From the NCBI GenBank assembly GCA_041641295.1, contig JBEPYO010000001.1, forward strand, positions 1,280,001 through 1,344,000: a stretch of 64,000 nucleotides of DNA. The letters are read 5' to 3'. Of this stretch, positions 28,863-38,120 are shown piece by piece. Positions within the stretch are counted from its first letter, which is position 1; each line of letters opens with the position of its first letter. The notes under the pieces were generated by a model, which did not search any database, had not been told where the DNA came from, and saw only the letters and a list, made by a program, of their open reading frames with translations. This DNA is from Nitrososphaerota archaeon. Its GTDB lineage: Archaea > Thermoproteota > Nitrososphaeria_A > Caldarchaeales > Calditenuaceae. The position numbers were made by a program, and so were the translations under genes.

Positions 28863-30482
28863 TTAGAGTGCTTTAGCAGGATGTTTTAGTATCCCGGCCC
28901 TAATACTGCCTGGTTTGGGCGTGTAGGCCGGATGCCCTATGGCCACGACTGTCACCATTTCCAAGCCTTCTGAACTTGGTGAGAAAAACTCTACGCAGTC
29001 GTCGTCGTAGAATGTGAGTCCGGTGGCGCCGAGGCCGAGCGCGTAGGCGGATAGGTAGAGCCTCCCAAGCCTTATCCCGCCCTCGAGCTGGACTGCGCGG
29101 TATCCCCGCCCACCAAGCACCTCTAAGACCCTGTCCAAGTCGGCCATGTTGAAGAAGACTACGGCTGCATCCCGGCCTAGGGCCTGTTCTAGGCATAGGT
29201 AGCCGGCGGCCTCCCTGAACTGCCCCTTCCTCAAGAGACGCAGCTCGCCCGTTGAAGGCACATATCGGTAACAGCCGCTAGGAATACCCTCCACCGCATT
29301 CACGATCAAGTAGGGGTGGATTAGCGTGTAGCTAGGGTCTGGCAGGAAATCAGCCCTCAGAGGGCCGAAGCTGTACCTGAGTATTGCTGAGAGCTGGGTG
29401 GCTCCGATGCTCCTCCTCGCAAACTTTCTGGTTGAGCCGCGCTGTAGAATCACCTCCCAGAGCCTCTTCTCTGTCGGCGCCGGCTGGGGTGGTTGGACTG
29501 GAAGCCCAGCACCCCCATCTCCATCTGACTCGTGTAGCAGGGCTGCAGCCCTCTTCCAAGCCGCAACATCATCGCCAGATCTGAGCATGGTTGAGGCATG
29601 TGTCTCAGAGATTAGAGAGTATTTCACAGGCCTGCCTCTCTGGGGGGCAGGAACAGCCTCGACGGCTCCGGCAACCCTCTCGGGAGCCTCTGAGCCTACA
29701 GCCTCCGCTCCGCCACCTAGTGTTATGACCGCGAAGGCCGCCTCATCCTCACCATCAACGCCCACCAACTCGTTCACAACAGAATCATCAAATCCTACGT
29801 GAAGCACTGCCTCGAGGCCGAACGAGCAAGCAACTGCTAGGAAATTGGCGATCATCGCGCCCCCGTCCCAGAACCAGTGCCTATAACTCCTCTCCCTATA
29901 CTTCCAAGCATTCCTCCAGCCGCAGGCAGTGAAGACAACACTAAGCACCGAGCGTAAGACGCCCTCATCTTGGACGGCAGAGGCTAATACGCGCCTGTAA
30001 TCCCCCCTCCTCAGCCTAGTGAGGACAAACTCGCCCGGATCAAAATGGTAGACACCAGCCTCCAAGCCCTCAGCCACACCAATCACAGGGTAGAGCTCGG
30101 TGCTGTGCAGCGCGCCAGTAGCTGGCGCCACCCTAAAGTAAATGTAATGATCGCCGACGCGCTCTACGCGGCTTATCCCCGCAGTGAAGTAGAGGAGTGA
30201 GGCTAGGAGACTGGGTGATACGGTGGGTTGCGGCTTAGAATCTGTGCTACACAAGAGAGCGTCTAGGGCCGGAGTCTCAGGCTTCTCAAACTCTTTTGGG
30301 AGTTGAAGCTTCTCACCTGTCACATAGTATTTGAACGGGTATGGCTTGTTAGAGAAGTCGAGGAAGCCGGAGCCCACCCTGATGCTGGCATAGCTGTGTT
30401 TGGTTGACTCGTGATATTTGTGAGCTATGTCGGAGCCCCATTTTCCAAGCGAAGGGTGGGGTGGCAAATAATTATCCACCAC
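28863..30482 (-). CDS. SagB/ThcOx-like two-domain nitroreductase-fold FMN oxidoreductase
   Basis: YHESTKHS, APATGALH, WKYRERSYRH, RGSTRKF, GLGATGLTFYDD. Confidence 0.85.
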   Translation of the reverse strand: MVDNYLPPHPSLGKWGSDIAHKYHESTKHSYASIRVGSGFLDFSNKPYPFKYYVTGEKLQLPKEFEKPETPALDALLCSTDSKPQPTVSPSLLASLLYFTAGISRVERVGDHYIYFRVAPATGALHSTELYPVIGVAEGLEAGVYHFDPGEFVLTRLRRGDYRRVLASAVQDEGVLRSVLSVVFTACGWRNAWKYRERSYRHWFWDGGAMIANFLAVACSFGLEAVLHVGFDDSVVNELVGVDGEDEAAFAVITLGGGAEAVGSEAPERVAGAVEAVPAPQRGRPVKYSLISETHASTMLRSGDDVAAWKRAAALLHESDGDGGAGLPVQPPQPAPTEKRLWEVILQRGSTRKFARRSIGATQLSAILRYSFGPLRADFLPDPSYTLIHPYLIVNAVEGIPSGCYRYVPSTGELRLLRKGQFREAAGYLCLEQALGRDAAVVFFNMADLDRVLEVLGGRGYRAVQLEGGIRLGRLYLSAYALGLGATGLTFYDDDCVEFFSPSSEGLEMVTVVAIGHPAYTPKPGSIRAGILKHPAKAL

Positions 30483-30537
30483 GGGTCAGGGTGAGCTGGT
30501 CTCTTCACAGCTCAGGTGAGACAAATCTCATCATTCC
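30483..30537 (-). ncRNA. Box C/D guide sRNA
   Basis: Minus strand reads ATGATGA (C, 30534-30528), GATTTGTCTCAC, CTGA (D'), GTGAAGA (C'), GACCAGCTCACC, CTGA (D, 30489-30486); two 12-nt guides; C box overlaps the thiI stop codon. Confidence 0.9.
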
Positions 30538-31781
30538 TGCGATATGTTCCGCCGCCCAGTAGATATATTTTTCCAAGCCTCTAGGCTCGAACCGTCAAAA
30601 ACATAGACTTCCTCAAGCGTCTTGGCAACTGCGTCGTCAAGCCCCAGTCTCCCCCACTCATGCTCCACATCCTCGAGTCTGGGCCTGGGTATGGGGTGCT
30701 TAGATATTATCGAGCAGCAGTCCTTATAGTCACGTGTGGAGAGTTCGTAGAGGCCTAGAGTCTTAGAGAGGCGTATAATCTCCTCCTTGTCATAGCCCGC
30801 TAGCGGGCGGAGCACTACCAGCCGTAGGCCATAAGAGGCCGCGTGGAGGGCCTCAAGGGTTTGAGAAGCAACCTGGCCCACCGAGTCTCCGGTAACAATG
30901 GCCTTCGCCCCAATCTCTAGGCTCAAGGCCTCGGCGAGTCTGAGCATGAACCTCCTGAAGAGGGCCAGCTCGAGTCTTGGCTTCGCAGTGATTGCGCCGC
31001 TCATGAAGTGGTGGTAGGGTGCGAGGAAGAGCCTCGAGAGGGGGCTCGTCTCTCTTAGCTTGAGGAAGAGCTCACCAATCTTATCAGATATAGCGTCCTG
31101 CGGTGTGGGTAGCGCGTATATGTGGAGCATGTCCACGATGCATCCACGCTTCATCATCAGCCAAGCCGCGACAGGCGAGTCCAGCCCTCCGGAGAGGAGT
31201 GCCAGCACCCTCCCCGACGCGCCCACAGGCAGCCCACCTACCCCCTCAATACGACGCCAACCAAAGAGAAACACGTCGTCAAGCACGTTCACCCAAAAAA
31301 CCGTCTCCGGATTCTCCAAATCCACCATCGCCCCGCTCGAACTTCTTATACGCTCACCCAGCTCCCGCATAATCTCGAGCGAGGTCTTCGGATAAGACTT
31401 GTCAGCCCGCGACACTTCAACCGCTATGCGGGATGGCTTAAGCTCCCTCGCCTTCTCCACAGCTATCTGCATGAGCAGCCCGTAGTCCCGCGGAACTAGA
31501 TACCCTATGCGGACCCACCTCACGCCAGGTATTCTGCTTACCCGCTGTGCCAGCTCCTCAGAATCTTCACCGCTCCTCGGCTCAACTATTATCCTCGCCT
31601 GCTTCCGATACACCTTTGCCCCGTGTACACTGACTGCGTCGGCGATGTTCTTGGCCAGCAGCCTCATATATCTGGGCCGGTTTCCTCCCTTCAGCATTAT
31701 CTCAGAGGCCGCCACTATTATCGCAGGTCTCCACAGACTCTCTGCCATCCTCTCCCCATAAATCATGAAGGGCTGGTTCAA
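30531..31781 (-). CDS. thiI: tRNA 4-thiouridine synthase ThiI (no rhodanese domain)
   Basis: EIMLKGGNR, THUMP domain, GGLPVG, SGGLDS, GQVASQT, DCC. Confidence 0.93.
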   Translation of the reverse strand: MNQPFMIYGERMAESLWRPAIIVAASEIMLKGGNRPRYMRLLAKNIADAVSVHGAKVYRKQARIIVEPRSGEDSEELAQRVSRIPGVRWVRIGYLVPRDYGLLMQIAVEKARELKPSRIAVEVSRADKSYPKTSLEIMRELGERIRSSSGAMVDLENPETVFWVNVLDDVFLFGWRRIEGVGGLPVGASGRVLALLSGGLDSPVAAWLMMKRGCIVDMLHIYALPTPQDAISDKIGELFLKLRETSPLSRLFLAPYHHFMSGAITAKPRLELALFRRFMLRLAEALSLEIGAKAIVTGDSVGQVASQTLEALHAASYGLRLVVLRPLAGYDKEEIIRLSKTLGLYELSTRDYKDCCSIISKHPIPRPRLEDVEHEWGRLGLDDAVAKTLEEVYVFDGSSLEAWKNISTGRRNISQE

Positions 31782-31853
31782 CCTAAAAGTTATGGAGACT
31801 GTTTTCCACGAGTAGGAATCCTTGAATAACTGGTTTAGCGTATCTTAGGTGGG

Positions 31854-33095
31854 GTGGAGGACTGGAGCTGGGCTTCGGCGGGTGGCGCTGAGAAGAACTT
31901 AGAGTCCTTCAGCTGCAGTGTCTGCCACGGGGTAGCGAAGAACTGCAGCCTAATGAAATGCCCATTCTACCGAGACACCATAAGGGAGGCCCTAAAATCC
32001 ATTAAGAGCATGGGTGTCCTCTACGGCCCAACACCCCCCACGATTCTGGTAGGCGAGTGGGGGTATCCCAGAGTCTACGCAGGCACAGGTATGATGCTAA
32101 CAGCCGACATAGATCCGCGGGTCCTAGAATCGCCGAGGTCCTGGCTCCACATTCCCCTAGACGAGCTCCTAAACATGAGGCTCAGCATCTTGATGGGCAG
32201 AACAAGGGTCAGTGTAGACATTGCTAGAAGCCCTGCGAGGATAATCGACGCAGTGCAGGAATCATCCGCATCCCAACGCCCAGTTGACATTGAGTTGAAG
32301 ATGTCGTCTGGAGAGTTAAGATTTGTCCCGGGCCTAGGTGTAAGACACGCGCCACACGGCCCAGCCGGAAGGGTCGAGTACATCAAGCTCGTCGACAACC
32401 CCTCAATACCCAAGCCGGTTGACCGCGTAATCAATGACCCATACATCCCAGCCCTCGAGGCGGTCCAGAAACTCTCAAACCAGGGAATCGATGAATACTA
32501 CCTCACAAGACTCCTCTCCTCAGGTCTACTGGGGAGGAGGATAGATAGGACGCTGGTCCCGACCGAGTGGAGCATTACCGCTGTTGACGACATGCTGAGC
32601 AAGATAGCTTTGAGGCGTGCCAAGCGCAACAAGATTATTGAAGATTTCCGAGTCTATAGTTTTAGCGCCCACTTCAACACCGCCTATGTTGTCTTGATGC
32701 CGACTCCCTGGATGTATGAGCTGCTTGAGGGCTGGGTGAAGAGTGGCGAGGTCTACGCGGACTATGAGTTCACGTGGGGGCGCACAAGCTACGCCGACAA
32801 CACGGGAGGAGCGTACTATGCCTGCAGACTACCGATCCTCGAGCATCTGAACCGTCTTGGAGTTCAGGCAGGAGTGATCGTATTCTTTGAGGTTGACAGG
32901 GGCTGGATACCGCTCGGAGTCTGGAGGTTTAGGGAGATTGTGCGCGCAGCCCTCGAGAGGCGCCCAGATAGGTGTGGAAGCCTCACAGAGGCTTTAGGCC
33001 TCTTAGAAGGAAAGCTAAAACTCGGTCTCAAAGCATATGTGAGAAGAAGCAAACTAGTATCCTTCGCCCTCAAGCAGGCAAGACTCGGCCAGTGA
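31854..33095 (+). CDS. Nre-family archaeal DNA repair protein
   Basis: N-terminal CxxC..CxxxxCP, VGEWGYPRV, LVPTEWSITAVD, GGAYYA, PLGVW, C-terminal QxxL PIP-like motif. Confidence 0.88.
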   Translation: MEDWSWASAGGAEKNLESFSCSVCHGVAKNCSLMKCPFYRDTIREALKSIKSMGVLYGPTPPTILVGEWGYPRVYAGTGMMLTADIDPRVLESPRSWLHIPLDELLNMRLSILMGRTRVSVDIARSPARIIDAVQESSASQRPVDIELKMSSGELRFVPGLGVRHAPHGPAGRVEYIKLVDNPSIPKPVDRVINDPYIPALEAVQKLSNQGIDEYYLTRLLSSGLLGRRIDRTLVPTEWSITAVDDMLSKIALRRAKRNKIIEDFRVYSFSAHFNTAYVVLMPTPWMYELLEGWVKSGEVYADYEFTWGRTSYADNTGGAYYACRLPILEHLNRLGVQAGVIVFFEVDRGWIPLGVWRFREIVRAALERRPDRCGSLTEALGLLEGKLKLGLKAYVRRSKLVSFALKQARLGQ

Positions 33096-33162
33096 CAAAC
33101 AAAATCGCTGTATTCGTTGTCTGGTATATTTAATAAGACCTAGGGCATTCATAGCATGTAGC

Positions 33163-33867
33163 ATGGAGCCCGACGGAAACTATGCCATAGTTCTTGAAGA
33201 TGTTTGGAAGATCTACAAGACAGGGAAGACAGAATACCCGGCCCTACGGGGGGTGACGCTTAGGGTGAAGAGTGGTGAGATGATCTCTGTTATGGGTCCG
33301 AGTGGAAGTGGGAAATCCACACTACTTCACGTTACAGGGACGCTTGACAGGCCCACGCGGGGGCGCGTCGTTTTATATGGCATAGACACTTCAGGACTTG
33401 ATGACTCTAAACTGAGCGAGATCAGGAACAAACTAATCGGATTCGTCTTCCAGTCCTACAACCTGATTGGTAGGCTCTCCTCCCTTGAGAACGTGTCTCT
33501 TCCACTCGCAGTAAGAGGTGTACCGCTTCAAGCCAGACAGGCGGCTGCATTAGAAGCCCTTAGGATGGTGGGCTTGGAGCACGTGGCACATAAGAAGCCG
33601 AACGAGCTAAGCGGTGGTGAGCAGCAGCGCGTCGCAATCGCGCGGGGGCTTGTCGGCAGGCCGAAGATATTGCTGGCAGACGAGCCCACGGGAAACCTAG
33701 ACACCAAGAATACCGAAGTAATAATGGATATTCTTAGAAACATCAACAAGACGCTCGGTACAACGCTTGTCATAGTCACGCACAACCCTGAAGTTGCGGA
33801 GAAGTGTGACAGGATAGTTAGGTTGAGGGATGGTCGGGTCGAGTCGGAGGTGATTCTCCGTGCTTAG
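33163..33867 (+). CDS. MacB/LolD-type ABC ATP-binding protein
   Basis: GPSGSGKST, LSGGEQQR, LADEPTGNLD. Confidence 0.95.
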   Translation: MEPDGNYAIVLEDVWKIYKTGKTEYPALRGVTLRVKSGEMISVMGPSGSGKSTLLHVTGTLDRPTRGRVVLYGIDTSGLDDSKLSEIRNKLIGFVFQSYNLIGRLSSLENVSLPLAVRGVPLQARQAAALEALRMVGLEHVAHKKPNELSGGEQQRVAIARGLVGRPKILLADEPTGNLDTKNTEVIMDILRNINKTLGTTLVIVTHNPEVAEKCDRIVRLRDGRVESEVILRA

Positions 33868-35776
33868 ACCCCTCATACTGGTTTCACTTCTCTTAGTAGC
33901 GCTCTTAGCCCCCATAAACATGGCTCAGGCAAGCCCGGATGACGTCCGTTACCTCGGATCATACTGGGGGCAGAATAATGTTCGGGAGGAGGTGGCGCCC
34001 GGCGATAGTGGTGTACGCCTGACAATAGCTCTTGGAAGTGACTTCGATGAGGACCGCATAACGGGGGTAGTTGGGAGGCTGAGGCTCCCAAGCGTGCTGA
34101 GGTCTCAGAGCGTCTCCAATCCAAGCGAGGTTGAGGCCCATTTCCCAGGAATCATCCCGCCCGGCGGCGTGTTCGAGCTCACGTTCATAGTGAATATAGA
34201 CAGCTCAGCAGAGGTTGGTGTGGACTACGAAGGGATTCTCTCTCTTACCTATAGGGTGTTGGGAGACACGACGAGGACGCAGACAATCCCTGTTAAGATA
34301 AACATTCCGGGAAGGCCTGTGCTCAGATTCAGCCTTAACACTACTGAGGTTGAGCCGGGGAGGGTAAGCCCGGTGGAGCTCGTGGTAACTAATGTGGGGT
34401 CGGTGAAGGCTGCCGATATTCAGGTCTTCGTCCAGCCACCGCCTCAGCCAGCCTATGGCCTGCTCATAGACAAGCAGCCCTGGGTGATTGAAAGCCTCCT
34501 CCCAGGAGGTTCTGAAAAATGGGTCCTAGGCGTCTACGCGTCTCAGACATCAGGGGACTCGGTCATGCCTGTGACACTGAGGGCGAGGTATAGAAACGCC
34601 GTCGGACTCTACAGTGAGCTCACATCGACTCTGAGCATCTACGTAAGGAAGCCGGCGGTCAGCGAGGCGAATGTCAGGATTTATGCTGAGCCAGTCAGGA
34701 TGGAGCCTGGGGCAAGCCACAGCGTATCCATCATCCTAGAGAACATCGGCTCGGTCGCGGTTAGCGATATCAGAGTATCAGCAGAATATTCGGGTCTCCC
34801 TGTCTCACTAGTTGGCCCCTCCTACTGGAGTCTAGACCGTCTCGATCCAGGCCAGAGGAGTGTTATCGAGGCGATTGTCTACTCGGCTCAGATGGCTGCC
34901 AATGGAGTCTACCAGATACCGCTCCAGATATCATTCAAGGACTCTGCTGGAAACAGGGTGTCTAGGATGGCGTCAATAGCAGTTTCCGTGGGCGACATCC
35001 CACCAAAGGCACCTAACCTCCTCATCGGGGCTGAGCCGGAACTTGTCGCAGGAAGAACTCAAACCGTCAAGCTAACAGTCAAGAATATACACCAAAGCGA
35101 ACTTAGACGTATATCCATTACCGCTCAATCACTAAACCCGCGGCTCACGATCATAGGCTCCAATAACTGGCTAATAGACTCTCTACGCTCAGGGCAGTCT
35201 GAGACAATCCAGTTAGCGCTTTACGCGGAGCCCGAACTCTCGGGCACCTCCACATCCATACAGGTATCCGCCACATATGTCATAAGCGAGACGGGTGAGC
35301 AGGCCTCAGAGCAAAGGGCCGTCGGCTTCGTTGTCCAAGGATACATCACCCTACGCATCTACGACACCAAGGTAATCTTCATAGGAGGTGAACCCTACAT
35401 CTCTGGAAACATCATAAACGAGGGTATATCTGACGCCCTCTTCTCCACTATACACCTAAACAGCAACTCAGGGACAAGGTCAAGCGTCTTCGTAGGCGAG
35501 ATAAAGCCAAACGCTCCTCTCCCATTCAACCTCAAACTAAACTCGGCGGACCAGAGATTCAAGGGGGAGATTATAGTAGAGTACAAGGACGTATTCCGCA
35601 GAAACTATACAACCACGTTTCAGATCGATGTTGAGATTCCGAGGCCAGTGAGTGAGACGAGGCAGGAGAGCTGGCCGGGATGGGTCATGCCAGCGCTCGT
35701 GGCAATCGGAGTCATAGCCGCGTTGACCTCTGGATATCTCTATGTGCGGGGGCGTAAGCGGAGTGAGGCCGGTTGA
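33860..35776 (+). CDS. COG1361 S-layer-domain/Ig-like repeat membrane-anchored protein
   Basis: Signal peptide, repeated beta-sandwich segments (N.G...A.DI.V, L.PG), C-terminal TM; lies between ABC ATPase and permease. Confidence 0.78.
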   Translation: MLRPLILVSLLLVALLAPINMAQASPDDVRYLGSYWGQNNVREEVAPGDSGVRLTIALGSDFDEDRITGVVGRLRLPSVLRSQSVSNPSEVEAHFPGIIPPGGVFELTFIVNIDSSAEVGVDYEGILSLTYRVLGDTTRTQTIPVKINIPGRPVLRFSLNTTEVEPGRVSPVELVVTNVGSVKAADIQVFVQPPPQPAYGLLIDKQPWVIESLLPGGSEKWVLGVYASQTSGDSVMPVTLRARYRNAVGLYSELTSTLSIYVRKPAVSEANVRIYAEPVRMEPGASHSVSIILENIGSVAVSDIRVSAEYSGLPVSLVGPSYWSLDRLDPGQRSVIEAIVYSAQMAANGVYQIPLQISFKDSAGNRVSRMASIAVSVGDIPPKAPNLLIGAEPELVAGRTQTVKLTVKNIHQSELRRISITAQSLNPRLTIIGSNNWLIDSLRSGQSETIQLALYAEPELSGTSTSIQVSATYVISETGEQASEQRAVGFVVQGYITLRIYDTKVIFIGGEPYISGNIINEGISDALFSTIHLNSNSGTRSSVFVGEIKPNAPLPFNLKLNSADQRFKGEIIVEYKDVFRRNYTTTFQIDVEIPRPVSETRQESWPGWVMPALVAIGVIAALTSGYLYVRGRKRSEAG

Positions 35777-36977
35777 CGCGGTCAGGTATGCGCTCAGCGC
35801 GCTGAGGGAGAGGCGGGGCAGGAGCATTCTAACAATTCTGGGAATCGCGGTGGGTGCCGGCCTCATAATTGCTCTCCTATCCCTTGGCGATGGCATAAAC
35901 CTAGTCGTTACAGACCAACTATTGACGCTCGGCGCAAACAACATAATAATATTCCCAGCCCAGGGCTCTAACATCCAGTTCACAGATGCCGACATCCAAA
36001 AGATAATGAGGATACCGGGCGTATCCGTAGTCACGCCCTTCATCTCAATGGCTGCCGAGTTTCAAGTTGGCGGCACAACCGTGAACGGCAGGATAATCGG
36101 CATAGACCCGATACACCTCCAAATAATCTTCCCTGGTATCAAGATTCTCGAGGGAGAGACACCCCTCTCCACCAGCGCCACACAAGTGGGCGTGGGCTAC
36201 AAGATAGCATTCCCACCCGCTGCAGCGACCTACTCCCGCCTCTACATAGGACAACCACTAACCATCGTGGTCCCGACACAGGGAGGTGTTAAGACAACAA
36301 GTTACACGGTCTCAGCGATATACGATAAGTTCGGGGCCTCCATCTTCTTCGACGCGGACACAGCGGTCGTCATGCCCCTTCCCGCAGCCAGAAAGCTTCT
36401 AGGGGTGACAACATATCAGGCAATACTTGTGAACACGGAGAAGGTAGAGCTGGTCGAGTACATAATCTCCGAGCTCGAAGCGATGTATGGTAGGAATGTC
36501 AACATCATAAGCCCCAGCTCAATATTATCGACTGTTCGAGGCATAATAGCATCCTTTACAATATTCCTCGGCGCAATAGCCTCAGTCAGCCTACTAGTGG
36601 CTGGCCTCGGGATAATGAACACGATGATCATGGCGGTTATGGAGAGGACTAGGGAGATAGGTGTTTTAAGATCTATCGGGATGACGAGGCGCGACGTCTT
36701 GTTGACTTTCCTCTTCGAGGCCATGCTTACGGGTCTGATAGGCGGCATCATCGGCATAGGCATAGGTGTGGTTTTGTCAATAGGGTTTGCAGGATTTTCG
36801 GGACGCTTCTTAAGATTTGGCCCCCAGTTTCAACCTCTCCCCATAAACCCAGTCATAACGCCACAGCTCCTAATCGAGGCGCTGCTGTTCGCCGTGTTCG
36901 TGGGCTCCCTCTCGGGACTATACCCGGCTAGAAGGGCAGCCCAAATAGACCCAGTAAAAGCCCTCAGGACAGAGTGA
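35742..36977 (+). CDS. MacB/FtsX-family ABC permease
   Basis: RSILTILGIAVG, MERTREIGVLRSIG, YPARRAAQIDPVKALR. Confidence 0.93.
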   Translation: MCGGVSGVRPVDAVRYALSALRERRGRSILTILGIAVGAGLIIALLSLGDGINLVVTDQLLTLGANNIIIFPAQGSNIQFTDADIQKIMRIPGVSVVTPFISMAAEFQVGGTTVNGRIIGIDPIHLQIIFPGIKILEGETPLSTSATQVGVGYKIAFPPAAATYSRLYIGQPLTIVVPTQGGVKTTSYTVSAIYDKFGASIFFDADTAVVMPLPAARKLLGVTTYQAILVNTEKVELVEYIISELEAMYGRNVNIISPSSILSTVRGIIASFTIFLGAIASVSLLVAGLGIMNTMIMAVMERTREIGVLRSIGMTRRDVLLTFLFEAMLTGLIGGIIGIGIGVVLSIGFAGFSGRFLRFGPQFQPLPINPVITPQLLIEALLFAVFVGSLSGLYPARRAAQIDPVKALRTE

Positions 36978-37878
36978 GTACCCTCTCATAAAGGTCGATA
37001 TACTGTTTTGTGACAACCCTGTAGTCAAATCTCTTCACAAGCTCCAGCCCTCGCGCCGTAACTGAGTCTCGAAGAGTCTCAAGCTGCTGATAGGCTCTAA
37101 TGTACGAATCTGGGTCGTGGTCTGCCAGGATCAGTGCTTCTTTGAAGGGCGTGAATGCCGGTATCTTTGGCGCTATCACGGGGCAGCCTGAAGCCCAGGC
37201 CTCAAGTAGGACGGAAGGCATTCCTTCCCATATCGAGGTTATCATCAAAGCCTCGGCAGACTTCATATAGGAGATCACCCTCTCCCAGCTGACCACTTCC
37301 TCGATGCCGAATGCCCTATACCTCCTCCCCAGCCTCTTCACCACCCTTCTGAAGAGGGGGTAATTCTTGACAGGGTCATTCCTTCCCACAAAAAGTATCG
37401 CAGCCTCGCCTGCAGGCTCTATCTCTCTTATCGCATCTAGGTCGGTCATGTTTGGAATCCAGACCCAGCCGTTCCTCTCAGCCTCAGACTTCATGACAGA
37501 TGTTACCGCACCGGCGAACCGCATAAGCGTAAGCATCGCCTTAGCTGAAGCCCTTCCAAGAGCCCCATACTTGAGGCTAAACTCGATCATCCCTCCGTGA
37601 ACAGTGACGATACATCTCGAGGGTTTAGTCAACGTGATGCCGGCAAGCTTTGGGTTATGGAGATGGATAATATCGGCGCCGGAGGTCCTAGCTAGACTGC
37701 CGAGAGTGAAGCTGGGCGCCCTAAGCATGGGAAAGTTTAGATGCCAAGTATTCTTGGAGTCAACAATATTGACCGCAACCCCACTCTCAACCAGCCCCTT
37801 CCTGAGCAGGGCAACGTGTCTGCCGCTACCGCTGACCCCGCCCGAAGTGAAGTTTACCAGAGCAACCTTCAAAGCCAT
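36964..37878 (-). CDS. Glycosyltransferase family 4
   Basis: FVGR..PVKN, TSIWEGMPSVLLEAWASGCPVI; likely start at MALKV (37878). Confidence 0.9.
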   Translation of the reverse strand: MALKVALVNFTSGGVSGSGRHVALLRKGLVESGVAVNIVDSKNTWHLNFPMLRAPSFTLGSLARTSGADIIHLHNPKLAGITLTKPSRCIVTVHGGMIEFSLKYGALGRASAKAMLTLMRFAGAVTSVMKSEAERNGWVWIPNMTDLDAIREIEPAGEAAILFVGRNDPVKNYPLFRRVVKRLGRRYRAFGIEEVVSWERVISYMKSAEALMITSIWEGMPSVLLEAWASGCPVIAPKIPAFTPFKEALILADHDPDSYIRAYQQLETLRDSVTARGLELVKRFDYRVVTKQYIDLYERVLTLS

Positions 37879-37961
37879 CCTACCCCACAAATCCGGCTCA
37901 AAACTCAATAAAATCCTCGCCCAAGTAAGAGATAAAACCTCCACCCAGAGAGATAAGGGGT

Positions 37962-38021
37962 GGGGATGAGGCCCCGCCGCTCCAGACTGAATCGTGATGC
38001 AGGAAGAGCCGAGCCGACCCC
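37962..38021 (+). ncRNA. Probable box C/D guide sRNA
   Basis: GGGG/CCCC terminal stem, ATGAGG (C-like, 37966), CTGA (D', 37987), GTGATGC (C', 37994), guide AGGAAGAGCCGAG, CCGA (D-like, 38014); intergenic, about 60 nt. Confidence 0.65.
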
Positions 38022-38120
38022 CTGGCCAAAGTGTTAATCAGTGTCCGACTGAGAAATGAGTAGTCCATTTGAAAACGCATAATCAAAGTATATATGCCTG
38101 TACAATTCAAAAGATACTGC

